Assembly: GCA_963662545.2 (NCBI GenBank)
Contig: CAXXLL010000002.1
Span: forward strand, 1,792,001-1,856,000
DNA length: 64,000 nt
Reading direction: 5' to 3'
Origin: Gammaproteobacteria bacterium
GTDB taxonomy: Bacteria > Pseudomonadota > Gammaproteobacteria > Ga0077536
The notes beneath the pieces are model-generated. The model searched no databases. It saw nothing but the letters and a program-made list of their open reading frames with translations, and was not told where the DNA came from. Each line of letters starts with the position of its first letter. Position 1 is the stretch's first letter. The translations under genes and the position numbers were made by a program. Shown here in pieces: positions 8,411 to 18,745 of the stretch.

Positions 8411-9763
8411 ATGAAAGAACTTTCTGATACCGGACAACGCTTTACCGGGCACGGGTCTGAGTGGCGCGACGCCCAATTGAGCCAAGAGGACGCGCGCGTT
8501 GCAACCAGTTGGGTCGAGCAGCGAATCGACAAGCGCTCGATGGAAACCAACAAGGATCGCGTCGAAGACGTACGCGACATCATGTGGCAGCTCGAGAAAG
8601 ACGGTGAAATCGTGGTCCATCGGGTCACCGAACAACACGAGCCCGTCACCGTGAAAACCCTGTACGGCTGGGACAAGCGCATCCCGACGACACAGCACTG
8701 GCATCACAAGTCCTGCGGCCAGTGCGGCAACATTCCGGGTTATCCCGCCTCGCTGCTGTGGCTGATGAACAAGATGGAAATCCGCTATCTCGACGAGACC
8801 GATCAAACCTCGTGCACGGCGTGGAACTACCACGGCTCCGGGATCGGAAACCTCGAGAGCTTGGCGGCAGTGTTCCTGCGCAATTTTCACCAGGCCTACG
8901 TCTCGGCCAAGGCCGAAGGACTGCCGGAAGGTTACTACTACCCGCTGGTCCACTGCGGTACTTCTTTCGGGAATTACAAGGAAGTACGCCAATACCTGAT
9001 GCTTTCGGCCGAGCTACGGGAGCGCACCCATAAGATCATGGAAAAGCTGGGCCGCCTCATCGACGGTAAGCTGCTCATCCCGGAGGAAGTCGTACATTAC
9101 TCCGAATGGGCGCACGTCATGCGCGAGCGCATCGCCGACCACCAGGAGATCGATTGCTCCGCGGTGCGCGCGACGATTCATCCGGCCTGTCACGTCTACA
9201 AGATGGTGCCGGAGGACGCGATCTACGACGACGATATCCTCGAAGGAAACCGCCTCGCCGTCTCGACCGGACTGATGGAGTCCCTGGGCGCCCAGGTCAT
9301 CGATTATTCCACTTGGTACGACTGCTGCGGATTCGGCTTCCGGCACATCATTTCGGAACGCGAATTCACCCGCTCGTTCGCTATCGACCGCAAGATCAAA
9401 GTCGCCGTCGAAGAGGCGCGCGCCGACGTTATGATCGGGCATGACACGGGCTGTATCACCACCCTCGACAAGAACCAATGGATCGGCAAGGCCGCGGGCA
9501 AGGGCTACGACCTGCCGATATTGGCCGACGTCCAGTTCGCCGCACTAGTCTGCGGCGCGCATCCGTACAAGATCGTGCAATCGCACTGGCATTCGTCCTC
9601 GGTCGAGACCTTGATGGAGCAATTGGGCATCGACTGGCGCCAGAAGAAGGCCGAGTTCGAGCAGTACCTGGAAACCATCAAGGAGGGCCAACAGGACAAT
9701 CTCTACGATCCGCGCCGCATGATCACCTCCGGCCGGGGATTCATACCGCTGGAACGACGTTAG
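8411..9763 (+). CDS. shdrB1: Heterodisulfide reductase-like subunit sHdrB1 (CCG domains)
   Basis: 'HKSCGQC', 'QTSCTAW', 'HCGTS', 'HPACH', 'DCCGFG', 'DTGC'; ATG 8411 after purine-rich RBS. Confidence 0.9.
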   Translation: MKELSDTGQRFTGHGSEWRDAQLSQEDARVATSWVEQRIDKRSMETNKDRVEDVRDIMWQLEKDGEIVVHRVTEQHEPVTVKTLYGWDKRIPTTQHWHHKSCGQCGNIPGYPASLLWLMNKMEIRYLDETDQTSCTAWNYHGSGIGNLESLAAVFLRNFHQAYVSAKAEGLPEGYYYPLVHCGTSFGNYKEVRQYLMLSAELRERTHKIMEKLGRLIDGKLLIPEEVVHYSEWAHVMRERIADHQEIDCSAVRATIHPACHVYKMVPEDAIYDDDILEGNRLAVSTGLMESLGAQVIDYSTWYDCCGFGFRHIISEREFTRSFAIDRKIKVAVEEARADVMIGHDTGCITTLDKNQWIGKAAGKGYDLPILADVQFAALVCGAHPYKIVQSHWHSSSVETLMEQLGIDWRQKKAEFEQYLETIKEGQQDNLYDPRRMITSGRGFIPLERR

Positions 9764-10800
9764 TGGCGAAGCCTGTCCTGATCGTCGGCGGCGGGCCCGC
9801 TGGACTGTCGGCTGCGCATGCCCTGGCGACCATCGGCCAGGCCAGCATACTCGTCGACAAGGCCGATCGCTTGGGCGGCGCACCCATCCTGTCGCGCTAC
9901 GCGAAACTGGTGCCGTCGGGAGAATGGGCGCGCGATGCCATCGGCGGCATGGTAGAGCGCGTCGCGGGAAATTCCAAGGTCGAAGTCAAGCTCAACACCA
10001 CCGTCGCGTCGTTTGCGGGCGAACCTGGTGACTTCAAGGTCGAGCTTTCCGATGGCGGTTCCTTCGATGCCGGCGCCGCGATCTTGTGCACCGGCTTTAC
10101 CCATTTCGATTCGATCAACAAACCCGAATTGGGCTTCGGCACCTACCCCGACGTCGTCACTACGACCCAGGTGGAGCAGATGATTTCGTCGGGTAACGGC
10201 GTTCGATGTCCGTCGGACGGCCGCAAGCCGGAACGCGTGGCAATCCTCCTGTGCGTCGGTTCGCGCGATCGCCAGATCGGGCGCGAATGGTGTTCAAAGA
10301 TTTGCTGCACCGTGTCGGCGAACCAGGCGATGGAGATCCGCGAGGAATTGCCACAGTGCCATGTCTACATCTACTACATGGACATCCGCACCTATGGCTT
10401 GTACGAAACCAAGTACTACTGGGCGAGCCAGGAAGAATTCAAGGTCAAATACATCAAGGCCCGCATTGCCGAAGTCACCTCGGATGGCAAGCGCCTCATC
10501 GTCAAGGGTGAGGACACCTTGGTTAAGCGGCCGATCACGATTCCCTTCGATATGGTCGTGCACGCGATCGGCATGGATCCGAATGTGGACAATAAGGTTC
10601 TCGCAGAAACGTTCGGTGTGGATCTCGAGCCCAACGGATTTATAGACCATCTGGATACCTATGGTCATTTCGGCGGAACTTCGCGTGCGGGTATCTACGT
10701 TGCGGGCGCCGCCATCGGGCCGGAAACCATCGACGACAGTATCACGCAAGCGCAGGCGGCAGCCGTGTCGAGCTTCGGCGCGATGCAGGTCGCGGTCTAA
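9763..10800 (+). CDS. shdrA: Heterodisulfide reductase-like flavoprotein sHdrA
   Basis: GGGPAG FAD motif, 'LCVGSRD...WCSKICC' cluster motif, 'YMDIRT'; short HdrA without ferredoxin insert; GTG overlaps shdrB1 stop. Confidence 0.92.
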   Translation: MAKPVLIVGGGPAGLSAAHALATIGQASILVDKADRLGGAPILSRYAKLVPSGEWARDAIGGMVERVAGNSKVEVKLNTTVASFAGEPGDFKVELSDGGSFDAGAAILCTGFTHFDSINKPELGFGTYPDVVTTTQVEQMISSGNGVRCPSDGRKPERVAILLCVGSRDRQIGREWCSKICCTVSANQAMEIREELPQCHVYIYYMDIRTYGLYETKYYWASQEEFKVKYIKARIAEVTSDGKRLIVKGEDTLVKRPITIPFDMVVHAIGMDPNVDNKVLAETFGVDLEPNGFIDHLDTYGHFGGTSRAGIYVAGAAIGPETIDDSITQAQAAAVSSFGAMQVAV

Positions 10801-10817
10801 CTACGGACTCCTACGCC

Positions 10818-11684
10818 ATGGCCGGCATCTCCGACCTTTTGCCCTTCCGCGCAGCGACAGCCGTGGAGCCGGAACGGCCGGTGCTCGAATTGAGCGGCAC
10901 CAAGCTCAAGGTTGCCCTGGAAAACGTACTCACGAGCTGCGAAGAACACGGCGGCGTCGAGCGCTACATCGACGCGATCAAGCTCAAGTCGCAGATGTTT
11001 CAGAAAGCCTTGCTGGAAGGCGATTTAGCTGATCTGGATATCGATACGCTCGCGGGCCTGTGTACCTTCATGTCCACGGTGCGCCGCCGCATCGCGCCTT
11101 ATCTGAGCGCCGACGGTATCGAGCGACTACGCGGCGGGCTTGGGATCTTGCTGGCCGATCTCGGGGACACGACGACCACGGACGTTCGCCTCGCGGCATT
11201 CATGGCGAGGTTTGCAGAGAACCGCGAACACCGCTGGGTGCGGGACTTCGCCGCGGAGATCCTGCACAACGTATCGCCGGAGTGCTACCCCCTGATGAAT
11301 CGATGGGTGTGGAATGCGCATGCGAATACCGGAGCGCTCCGGGAGATCTGGTTCGGCGATGACGTCGACTACATCACCATCCCCGTCGACGACAAATTCG
11401 CGACCTTCCTGATGCTGCGCGAGGAACTCGCCGTGTTCCTGAGCGATAACGGCTTTTTCAAAGACATCCTGTTCTACGTGGACCTGCTGACCGCGCACAT
11501 CTACGCGGAGTACATCTGCGCGCAGGGGGGCACCTATTTGCGGGCGGACTTCACGTCGCCCGAGGATCCCATGCAGCACGCGCGGCGCATGCTCGGCTTG
11601 GACGGGGTCAAGGCCGGCTCCTCGAAGACGCGCTTGAAATCGATCGACGGCGAAGCCTTCGTCCTCGATGGTGCCGACGATTAG
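10818..11684 (+). CDS. shdrH: Conserved sHdr-associated protein sHdrH
   Basis: Position between shdrA and shdrC2; 'YPLMNRWVW...NTGALREIW' block. Confidence 0.8.
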   Translation: MAGISDLLPFRAATAVEPERPVLELSGTKLKVALENVLTSCEEHGGVERYIDAIKLKSQMFQKALLEGDLADLDIDTLAGLCTFMSTVRRRIAPYLSADGIERLRGGLGILLADLGDTTTTDVRLAAFMARFAENREHRWVRDFAAEILHNVSPECYPLMNRWVWNAHANTGALREIWFGDDVDYITIPVDDKFATFLMLREELAVFLSDNGFFKDILFYVDLLTAHIYAEYICAQGGTYLRADFTSPEDPMQHARRMLGLDGVKAGSSKTRLKSIDGEAFVLDGADD

Positions 11685-11687
11685 CCC

Positions 11688-12473
11688 ATGCCGATACACG
11701 AAGAACACCTGATCCGCCCGGAAGACCTGATCACTCACGACAACCTCGTGCTCGACGGAGTCGACGTGTCCGGCGATTGGAGCACCTTCATCGAGTCGCG
11801 GGTTGTGACCGATTACAACGAGGCGCTCGAAGACGAAATCGCCTCGCTGCCCGGGGGCGAGTACATCCATCGCTGCTGGCAATGCGGCTCGTGCACCAAT
11901 GCATGTCCGGTCTACGCCTTGAATCCCGATTTCAATCCACGCTACTGGATCTACCTCATCCGTATGGGCATGGAATCGGAATTGCTGCGCGACAAGGACA
12001 TCATCTGGCAGTGTGTATCCTGCAATCAATGCACCTACGTCTGCCCGCGTGACGTCATACCCGAAGGGGTCATGAAGGCAACTGCCCATTGGCTGGAATT
12101 GAAGGGTCATACGACGACGAGCCCCTCGAAACACTTCGACGAAGAATTCACCGACCAGGTGGTGGCCACCGGTAAAATCGAAGAAGGTCGGATCCTGAGA
12201 GGATTTTTCAAGCGCACGGGACAGGGGCTGATACACGACTGGCTGATCGCGATGATGATCAAAATGGTGTGGCATGTTCCGATGCAGATGCTCACCGCCA
12301 TGGGCCTCGCCAACTTCATTCGACCACGCACGCGAAACTGGGGGCCGGCGCGTGCAGCCATACAGGAATACGTCGACGAGAAAAATCACGAGCATCGTCG
12401 GGCCCTCAACCTGACGGAACTTACCGAGATCGCCGCCAGTGAACTCGACCGGCCCGAGCCACCAGCTCGATAG
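11688..12473 (+). CDS. shdrC2: Heterodisulfide reductase-like subunit sHdrC2
   Basis: CWQCGSCTNACP and CVSCNQCTYVCP. Confidence 0.9.
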   Translation: MPIHEEHLIRPEDLITHDNLVLDGVDVSGDWSTFIESRVVTDYNEALEDEIASLPGGEYIHRCWQCGSCTNACPVYALNPDFNPRYWIYLIRMGMESELLRDKDIIWQCVSCNQCTYVCPRDVIPEGVMKATAHWLELKGHTTTSPSKHFDEEFTDQVVATGKIEEGRILRGFFKRTGQGLIHDWLIAMMIKMVWHVPMQMLTAMGLANFIRPRTRNWGPARAAIQEYVDEKNHEHRRALNLTELTEIAASELDRPEPPAR

Positions 12474-12479
12474 GAATAA

Positions 12480-13418
12480 ATGATGCGCGCAAAGATCAAA
12501 AAGTACCACCGAATCGCCTATTATCCCGGCTGCGCGCTGGACGGCTCCGGCCACCCGTACAACCGCTCGACTAAGGCCGTGGGCAAGGCGCTCGGTCTCC
12601 AGCTCGACGAAGTCAAGAACTGGAACTGCTGCGGAGCGATGGAGGTCAAGAACATCGATCCCAAGCTGCAGACTTACCTGTCGTCGCGCGTCATGTCGAT
12701 TGCGAGCCAGGAAATGGGGCACGATGTGGTCCTGGCGCCGTGCAACGGCTGCTATTTCAATTTGAAAATGGCCGAATACGAGCTGACGAACGATGCGGAT
12801 TCGCGTGAAGTTACCGAGCGGCTGTCGAAAAAGGCGGGTCACGGCACCTATAAGGCCGGCGATGTCGAAACCATTCACGCGCTCGACTGGATCAAGGAGG
12901 CCATCGGTGAAGAAGAGCTCGCATCCATGGTCAAGCACTCCTTGAGCGGTCTTAAGATCGCCAACTACTACGGGTGCATGTATACCCGTCCGCGCCACAT
13001 TTTTCCCGAGAAGGACAAGGGCCCGGGATCCGAATCCACCCTGGCACCGCATTTCATGGATGACCTGCTGGCGGCGGCGGGTGCGGAGAACGTCGATTTC
13101 CCGCTGAAAACGGCCTGTTGCGGCGGCGCCCATACGCTGTCTGACTGCGACACCTCGACCCGCCTCGTGATCAATATTCTCAATGCCGCGGAGGCGGCCG
13201 GCGCTGACATCATCGCCACCGAGTGCCCGACCTGTCATGCCGGGCTCGAGATGCACCAGATCCGCGCGGAAAAGAAATTCAACGTAAAGACCCAGGTGAA
13301 GATGCTCTACTTCACACAGTTGCTGGGCCTCGCCCTGGGCTTAAGCCCGCGTAAGGTCGGAGTCCACGAGAATATCTCCGATTCGATGGCCATGGTGCGA
13401 GAACGCATATTAAAGTGA
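12480..13418 (+). CDS. shdrB2: Heterodisulfide reductase-like subunit sHdrB2
   Basis: Two CCG repeats: YPGC...NCCG...PCNGC and YYGC...CCGG...ECPTC. Confidence 0.9.
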   Translation: MMRAKIKKYHRIAYYPGCALDGSGHPYNRSTKAVGKALGLQLDEVKNWNCCGAMEVKNIDPKLQTYLSSRVMSIASQEMGHDVVLAPCNGCYFNLKMAEYELTNDADSREVTERLSKKAGHGTYKAGDVETIHALDWIKEAIGEEELASMVKHSLSGLKIANYYGCMYTRPRHIFPEKDKGPGSESTLAPHFMDDLLAAAGAENVDFPLKTACCGGAHTLSDCDTSTRLVINILNAAEAAGADIIATECPTCHAGLEMHQIRAEKKFNVKTQVKMLYFTQLLGLALGLSPRKVGVHENISDSMAMVRERILK

Positions 13419-13834
13419 ATTCGCTCGATGACATCGGCCAGGCTATCGATTTGCTCATGGCCGACCCGGTTCCCGCGGAACCATTCGCCGCGAACCTGCG
13501 CGCTCTCGGTGAGTCGATACTCGTCCATTGGCTCATAGCGCACGGGCAGGACCCGACTACCGACGAGCACGAAGGGTTCAGACTGCTGGCGCTGCACCGG
13601 CAGGGTGCCAAGGCGGACGTGAGCTTCAATGCCTGCCGGGAGACCTGTCGCGAGCTGGTTTATCATTACAACCTGCTGACGCTCGACCCCGCCCACGAAC
13701 GAACGGCCGAGCGCAAACAGATGATGTACTACGTGGCGAAGCACCTGTTTCTGTTCATCAGCGGCAAACTCGAGGTGCAGAAACTCGGTGATTTTTGCTG
13801 TTCGTCGAAGCCGCTGCGCCAGGGAACGGCCTGA
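13415..13834 (+). CDS. shdrI: Conserved sHdr-associated Cys-containing protein (sHdrI-like)
   Basis: Between shdrB2 and lbpA; 'FNACRETCRE' and 'DFCCSS'. Name assigned by synteny. Confidence 0.65.
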   Translation: MNSLDDIGQAIDLLMADPVPAEPFAANLRALGESILVHWLIAHGQDPTTDEHEGFRLLALHRQGAKADVSFNACRETCRELVYHYNLLTLDPAHERTAERKQMMYYVAKHLFLFISGKLEVQKLGDFCCSSKPLRQGTA

Positions 13835-13867
13835 TAAAAAGAATCGCTAACGCTCGGAGAGTCAACT

Positions 13868-14314
13868 ATGCCAATCGTTCGCGGATGTGAACTCCCCGAT
13901 GAGTTGCTGTATGACGTCGAGAATCACACGTGGTTCGAGGAACTCGGTGATGGTAACGTCAAGATCGGAATGACGGCTGTGGCGGCGGCGATGGCCGGCG
14001 AACTCGTGGCTGTCACGCCGAAGAAAGTGGGACGGGCGGTCAAGGCCGGAAAATCATGCGCGACGATCGAATCAGGCAAGTGGGTCGGTCCGGCGCGATC
14101 GGTTGCCGCGGGCGAGGTCGTTGCGGTCAACGAAGCACTGGTTGATACGCCGAGTATCGTCAACGAGGATCCTTACGGTGCGGGATGGATAGTCGTGCTC
14201 AAACCGGAAGACTGGGCATCGGTTAAATCGGGGCTCACGCCCGGAACCGAGGTCAGTCCCGTGTACGAGGCCAAGATGGACGCCGATGAGTTCGCGGGCT
14301 GTGACGCCGAGTAG
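13868..14314 (+). CDS. lbpA: Lipoate-binding protein LbpA (GcvH-like)
   Basis: Lipoyl-Lys in 'TIESGKWVG', 'NEDPYGAGWI'; N-terminal 'RGC' and C-terminal 'AGC' cysteines as in LbpA rather than GcvH. Confidence 0.9.
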   Translation: MPIVRGCELPDELLYDVENHTWFEELGDGNVKIGMTAVAAAMAGELVAVTPKKVGRAVKAGKSCATIESGKWVGPARSVAAGEVVAVNEALVDTPSIVNEDPYGAGWIVVLKPEDWASVKSGLTPGTEVSPVYEAKMDADEFAGCDAE

Positions 14315-14320
14315 CTGGTT

Positions 14321-15412
14321 TTGGAGGAACTGCGAGAACAGATCCTAGAAGCCGCTCCGCTGTACCTCGCCTGGGGCGGCTTCGTCATCGGCGCGGTGTT
14401 CGGCTTCGTTGTCCAGCGAACCAACTTCTGTGCGATGGGTTCCATTTCGGACATCGTTTCCTTCGGTGACTACCGCAGGTTCAGAGCCTGGCTTCTGGCT
14501 GGCGCCGTCGCCATCGTCGGGACCCAGCTACTGAGTCATTTCGAGATCGTCGACCTCACGAATTCGCGCTATCTCGGTTCGAGCATCAACTGGCTGGGGA
14601 ACATTCTCGGCGGACTCGTGTTCGGTTTTGGAATGGTGCTCGCGGGCGGCTGTAGCAGCCGCAACCTCGTACGCCTGGGCGGCGGCGATATTCGCGCAGG
14701 GGTGGTCCTGTTGGTCGTCGGTCTGTTCGCCTATATGACGGTCGGCGGCATTATCGGGCCCGGCCGCGCGTTGCTCGAAAATAACACGGCCATCGGCCTT
14801 GCAGACGATGCGACGCAGTCCGTGGCGTCGCTCTTGTCTGGCGCCACGGGCGCCGGTGAAACCACGCTGAGCGGGATCGTCGCCGGTGCGCTAGCGCTCG
14901 GCATACTTATTTATTGCCTGGCGGATCCGCGCTTTCGCACATCATTACCGCACCTCATCGGCGGCATCGGCGTGGGTCTGTGCGTCGTTGCCGGCTGGGC
15001 CTTGACGGGCCTGGCCTATGATGAGTTCGCGGATGCGCCCGTCAACCCTCTGTCGCTGAGCTATGTGCGCCCGACCGGCGACACGATGGAATACCTCGAG
15101 CGCTTCACGGCCAACGTGGTGCCGGGGTTTGGCGTAGCCACGGTATTCGGCGCGCTGGCGGGTGCGCTCACAGCGGCCCTGCTCACGGGCAAATTCCGTT
15201 TGACCGGATTTGCCGACTCCGGCGATACCCTGCGCAATCTTGGCGGCGGTGCCTTGATGGGCATCGGCGGGATCACCGCGCTCGGTTGCACTATCGGTCA
15301 GGGAGTGACGGGTGTTTCAACACTGGCCGTCGGTTCCCTATTGGCTTTGATCGCGATAATCGCAGGTGGCGTACTCGGTATGAAATTCATGGAGCGCATC
15401 CTGCTGGGGTGA
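14321..15412 (+). CDS. soxT: YeeE/YedE family sulfur compound transporter (SoxT-like)
   Basis: Many TM helices with three conserved Cys: 'NFCAMG', 'GGCSS', 'GCTIGQG'. Confidence 0.85.
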   Translation: MEELREQILEAAPLYLAWGGFVIGAVFGFVVQRTNFCAMGSISDIVSFGDYRRFRAWLLAGAVAIVGTQLLSHFEIVDLTNSRYLGSSINWLGNILGGLVFGFGMVLAGGCSSRNLVRLGGGDIRAGVVLLVVGLFAYMTVGGIIGPGRALLENNTAIGLADDATQSVASLLSGATGAGETTLSGIVAGALALGILIYCLADPRFRTSLPHLIGGIGVGLCVVAGWALTGLAYDEFADAPVNPLSLSYVRPTGDTMEYLERFTANVVPGFGVATVFGALAGALTAALLTGKFRLTGFADSGDTLRNLGGGALMGIGGITALGCTIGQGVTGVSTLAVGSLLALIAIIAGGVLGMKFMERILLG

Positions 15413-15423
15413 ACCGGAGTAGA

Positions 15424-15452
15424 AAGAAAAAGCCATTTAACATGGCTTTCTC
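15424..15452. terminator. Possible intrinsic terminator between convergent soxT and putA
   Basis: Stem AAAGCCAT/ATGGCTTT with 5-nt loop, A-rich on the 5' side. Confidence 0.45.
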
Positions 15453-15565
15453 ACGGCGAACGACCGGCCATGGATGACTGGGCCAAACGAAGGCAGGCGA
15501 GTGCTGCCAGGGATGGCAGCTACGGCATGATTCACATGGCCGACGGTCCCGGAATTCCACCGGTT

Positions 15566-18500
15566 TTACCCGTGCTCACCTTCGCCCAAGTCGTCAGAAA
15601 GATTCAACAGCGCCGCGTTGCCGCCGATCGCCGCTGTGTTCACGGTCGAAGTTTTTTCCACCGAATAGCGTAAAAGCGTGTGCGGACCGCCGGCTTTCGG
15701 TCCGGTGCCGGACAGGCCCATGCCGCCGAAGGGCTGGCAGCCGACCACCGCGCCGATCATGTCGCGATTGACGTAGCAGTTACCGGTGCGCACGCGTTGG
15801 CGGATGGTCTCCGTAGTGCTTTCGATACGGCTGTGGATGCCCAGGGTCAGGCCGTACCCGGTGGCGTTGATGGCGTCGATCACGTGATCGAGTTCGTCGC
15901 CGCGATAGCGAACGAGATGCAGGATCGGGCCGAAAACTTCGCCTTCGAGTCGTTCGATGCCTTCGATCTCGACTACTGCGGGAGCGAAGAAAAATCCGCG
16001 GGCAGCGATCTCGGGCAGTTTACAGCGGTGCAGCAGGATGCCGTCCACGGCGATCGATTCGAGATGCTGATCGAGTCGCTCGCGCGCAGCCCGGTCGATT
16101 ACGGGGCCGACGTCAGTGGTGAGCTTCATGGGATCGCCTATGACGAGTTCGTCCATGGTTCCGCGCAGCAGTGCGATGCTGCGCTCGGCGATCTCTTCCT
16201 GCAGGTAAAGGACCCGTAATGCTGAGCAGCGTTGACCGGCGCTGTTGAACGCCGATTCGACGACGTCGTGGATCAGTTGCTCCGGAAGAGCGGAGCTGTC
16301 CGCAATCATCGCGTTGAGCCCGCCGGTTTCGGCGATGAATGCCGCGATGGGCGCGTCTCTCGCGGCCAGGGTTCGGTTAATCACCCGGGCAGTTTCGGTC
16401 GAACCCGTAAATGCGACCCCGGCTACGTGGGGGTCTTTGACGAGCGCCGCGCCGAGGTCACCATCACCCGGCGTGAAGGCCAGCGCCGCTGCGGGCACGC
16501 CCGCCTGATGGAACAACTCCGTTACCCGGTATGCCACGAGGCTCGTTTGCTCGGCCGGCTTCGCGACGACGCTGTTGCCCGCGGCCAACGCCGCAGCGAT
16601 CTGCCCGGTGAAAATGGCGAGGGGAAAATTCCAGGGACTAATACAGACGAACGGGCCGCGACCCGTCAGGTACAGTTCGTTGCGTTCGCCCGTAGGTCCG
16701 GGCAAGGTGATCGCGTGCGCGAACTGTTGCCGGCACAGGCCAGCGTAATACCGCAGAAAATCCACCGCTTCGCGCACCTCGACGTGTGCGTCGCGCAGGG
16801 TTTTGCCGGCTTCACAAATGCATAGATACACGAGCTCAACGTGATTTTTCTCAATCAAATCGGCCGTGCCTTCGAGTGTTTGCGCCCGCTCGCCCGCCGG
16901 GCGTGCGTTCCACGGAGCGAACCCCGCGGCCGCGGCGTTGAGCGCCGCCCGTGCCGTTTGCGCATCAGCGAAGCTCACTGTCCCAATCGCACGTTCGAAT
17001 TTCGCGGGCTCGAAGACCTCTTCGGGGCTACCCTCGAACGCAGTTTCGGACACGATGGCACCTGCGTGCCAGCGGCGGCTTTTCAGCGTAGCGAGATCGG
17101 ATTCCAGAGCGTTCATTTCCGATTGGTTCGCGAAATTGATGCCGCTGGAATTGCGCCGGGCGCTAAAAAGATCCACCGGCAGCGGAATGTCTGCCCGTCG
17201 TTCGATATTGCCCCACTCTACGGCCAAATCCACGGGATCAGCGACGATGTCATCGATCGCGATTCGTTCATCGGCGATTTGATTGACGAACGAGGTATTC
17301 GCGCCATTTTCGAGCAGGCGTCTCACGAGGTAGGGCAGCAGGTCTTCGTGGGCGCCGACCGGCGCGTAAACCCGCACCGGATCGCTTCGTCCAGATGCTT
17401 TTAACACGGTTTCATACAACGCTTCACCCATGCCATGCAGCCGCTGGAATTCGAATGAGCGCCCGCGAGCATGGGCTTGGACATAAGCGATCGTGTGGGC
17501 GTTATGCGATGCGAATTGAGGATCGAGGTCCGGACAGTCTTCCAACAGCACCCGTACGCATGCAAGGTACGAAACGTCGGTATGGCATTTGCGCGTGAAG
17601 ACCGGGTAGTTGGCGAGCCCCTGCTGCTGCGCACGTTTGATTTCGGTATCCCAGTAAGCCCCCTTGACCAGGCGAACAGGAATGCGCCGACCCTCCCTGG
17701 CGGCGAGGTTCTGCAGCCAATACAGCAAGGGCAGCGCGCGTTTCTGGTAGGCCTGGACCGCGATCCCCAGCGCGTCCCAGCCGCTGCGGCCGTGGTTGCA
17801 ATAGACGTGCTCGAAGATCTGTAGGCTCATGGCGAGCCTGTCGGCTTCTTCCGCGTCGAGGGTCAGCCCGATGCCGACGGCGGCCGCCGCATTAGCGAGC
17901 CCCAGCATCCGCCCGCTCAACTCGGCGACGGCGCGTTCGCGCTGAGAATATTCGTAGCGCGGGCATAGGGCCGACAGCTTGATTGAAATCGAGGGCCGCG
18001 CCCCTAACGCCAGGCTTTGGGCGTCGTCGTTGCCGACGGCGGAGATCGCGTCTGCATAGGCTTGTTCATAGCGCATAGCATCTTCGCTCGTCAGCGCGGA
18101 TTCGCCCAGCATGTCGAAGGAATAGCGCTCGCCGTCGCTGCCTTCTGCGGCGGCGCGCCTGCAGGCGCCGTCGATATCGCGCGCCATGACGAATTGATGG
18201 GCCATGATGCGCATCGCGGCTTTCAACGCATTGCGGATCACCGGTTCCTCCAACTTGCCGGCGAGCTGCGCTAGGTAGTCCCGCGGCCGATGCCGTGCTT
18301 CTTCCCCGAATTCGAGCAGCTTACCGGTCAGCATCAACGCCCAGGTCGAGGCGTTTACGAACAATGACGGACTTTCCCCCAGGTGTCGTTCCCAATCGGC
18401 GCTTGTCAGTTTGTCGGCGATCAAGCGATCAGCAGTGTTGGCGTCGGGAATGCGCAGTAGGGATTCCGCCAGGCACATGAGTACCACGCCTTCCTGCGAA

Positions 18501-18742
18501 GAGAGATCGTAATAACGCAGAAACGCGTGTAGCCCGGACGTGTTTTTCTGGTGGCGCCGTACGCCCGCTACGAGTTCTCGCGCGGCGCGGTCGACGCTTG
18601 CCCGGCATTCGGAGGTGGTTCGCGCACGTTCGATCAAGACTTTGACTAACGCCGTCTCACTCGCGAGATAAAAAATGTCTAGTTCGCTCGATTGCGCTAT
18701 GGCAGCACTGAACAGTCCTCGAAGGCCATGCGCCGGCGACAC
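15566..18742 (-). CDS. putA: Bifunctional proline dehydrogenase / P5C dehydrogenase PutA
   Basis: 'EGVVLMCLAESLLRIPD', 'SFDMLGE', 'RLVKGAYWD', 'RRLLENGANTSF', 'ETGG', 'GQRCSALR', 'GTGPKAGG'; no N-terminal RHH domain. Confidence 0.96.
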   Translation of the reverse strand: MSPAHGLRGLFSAAIAQSSELDIFYLASETALVKVLIERARTTSECRASVDRAARELVAGVRRHQKNTSGLHAFLRYYDLSSQEGVVLMCLAESLLRIPDANTADRLIADKLTSADWERHLGESPSLFVNASTWALMLTGKLLEFGEEARHRPRDYLAQLAGKLEEPVIRNALKAAMRIMAHQFVMARDIDGACRRAAAEGSDGERYSFDMLGESALTSEDAMRYEQAYADAISAVGNDDAQSLALGARPSISIKLSALCPRYEYSQRERAVAELSGRMLGLANAAAAVGIGLTLDAEEADRLAMSLQIFEHVYCNHGRSGWDALGIAVQAYQKRALPLLYWLQNLAAREGRRIPVRLVKGAYWDTEIKRAQQQGLANYPVFTRKCHTDVSYLACVRVLLEDCPDLDPQFASHNAHTIAYVQAHARGRSFEFQRLHGMGEALYETVLKASGRSDPVRVYAPVGAHEDLLPYLVRRLLENGANTSFVNQIADERIAIDDIVADPVDLAVEWGNIERRADIPLPVDLFSARRNSSGINFANQSEMNALESDLATLKSRRWHAGAIVSETAFEGSPEEVFEPAKFERAIGTVSFADAQTARAALNAAAAGFAPWNARPAGERAQTLEGTADLIEKNHVELVYLCICEAGKTLRDAHVEVREAVDFLRYYAGLCRQQFAHAITLPGPTGERNELYLTGRGPFVCISPWNFPLAIFTGQIAAALAAGNSVVAKPAEQTSLVAYRVTELFHQAGVPAAALAFTPGDGDLGAALVKDPHVAGVAFTGSTETARVINRTLAARDAPIAAFIAETGGLNAMIADSSALPEQLIHDVVESAFNSAGQRCSALRVLYLQEEIAERSIALLRGTMDELVIGDPMKLTTDVGPVIDRAARERLDQHLESIAVDGILLHRCKLPEIAARGFFFAPAVVEIEGIERLEGEVFGPILHLVRYRGDELDHVIDAINATGYGLTLGIHSRIESTTETIRQRVRTGNCYVNRDMIGAVVGCQPFGGMGLSGTGPKAGGPHTLLRYSVEKTSTVNTAAIGGNAALLNLSDDLGEGEHG

Positions 18743-18745
18743 GGG

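Noticed and set aside
11127-13256. 709-aa minus-strand ORF
   Set aside because: Antisense shadow of shdrH/C2/B2 with no motifs; long shadow ORFs are common in GC-rich DNA.
7614-13418. Methanogen-type HdrABC or electron-bifurcating Hdr-Flx
   Set aside because: Short HdrA, C1B1AHC2B2 order and lbpA/dsrE/tusA context identify the sulfur-oxidising sHdr type.
13868-14314. Glycine cleavage H protein (gcvH)
   Set aside because: No gcvP/gcvT nearby; terminal Cys residues and shdr context indicate LbpA.
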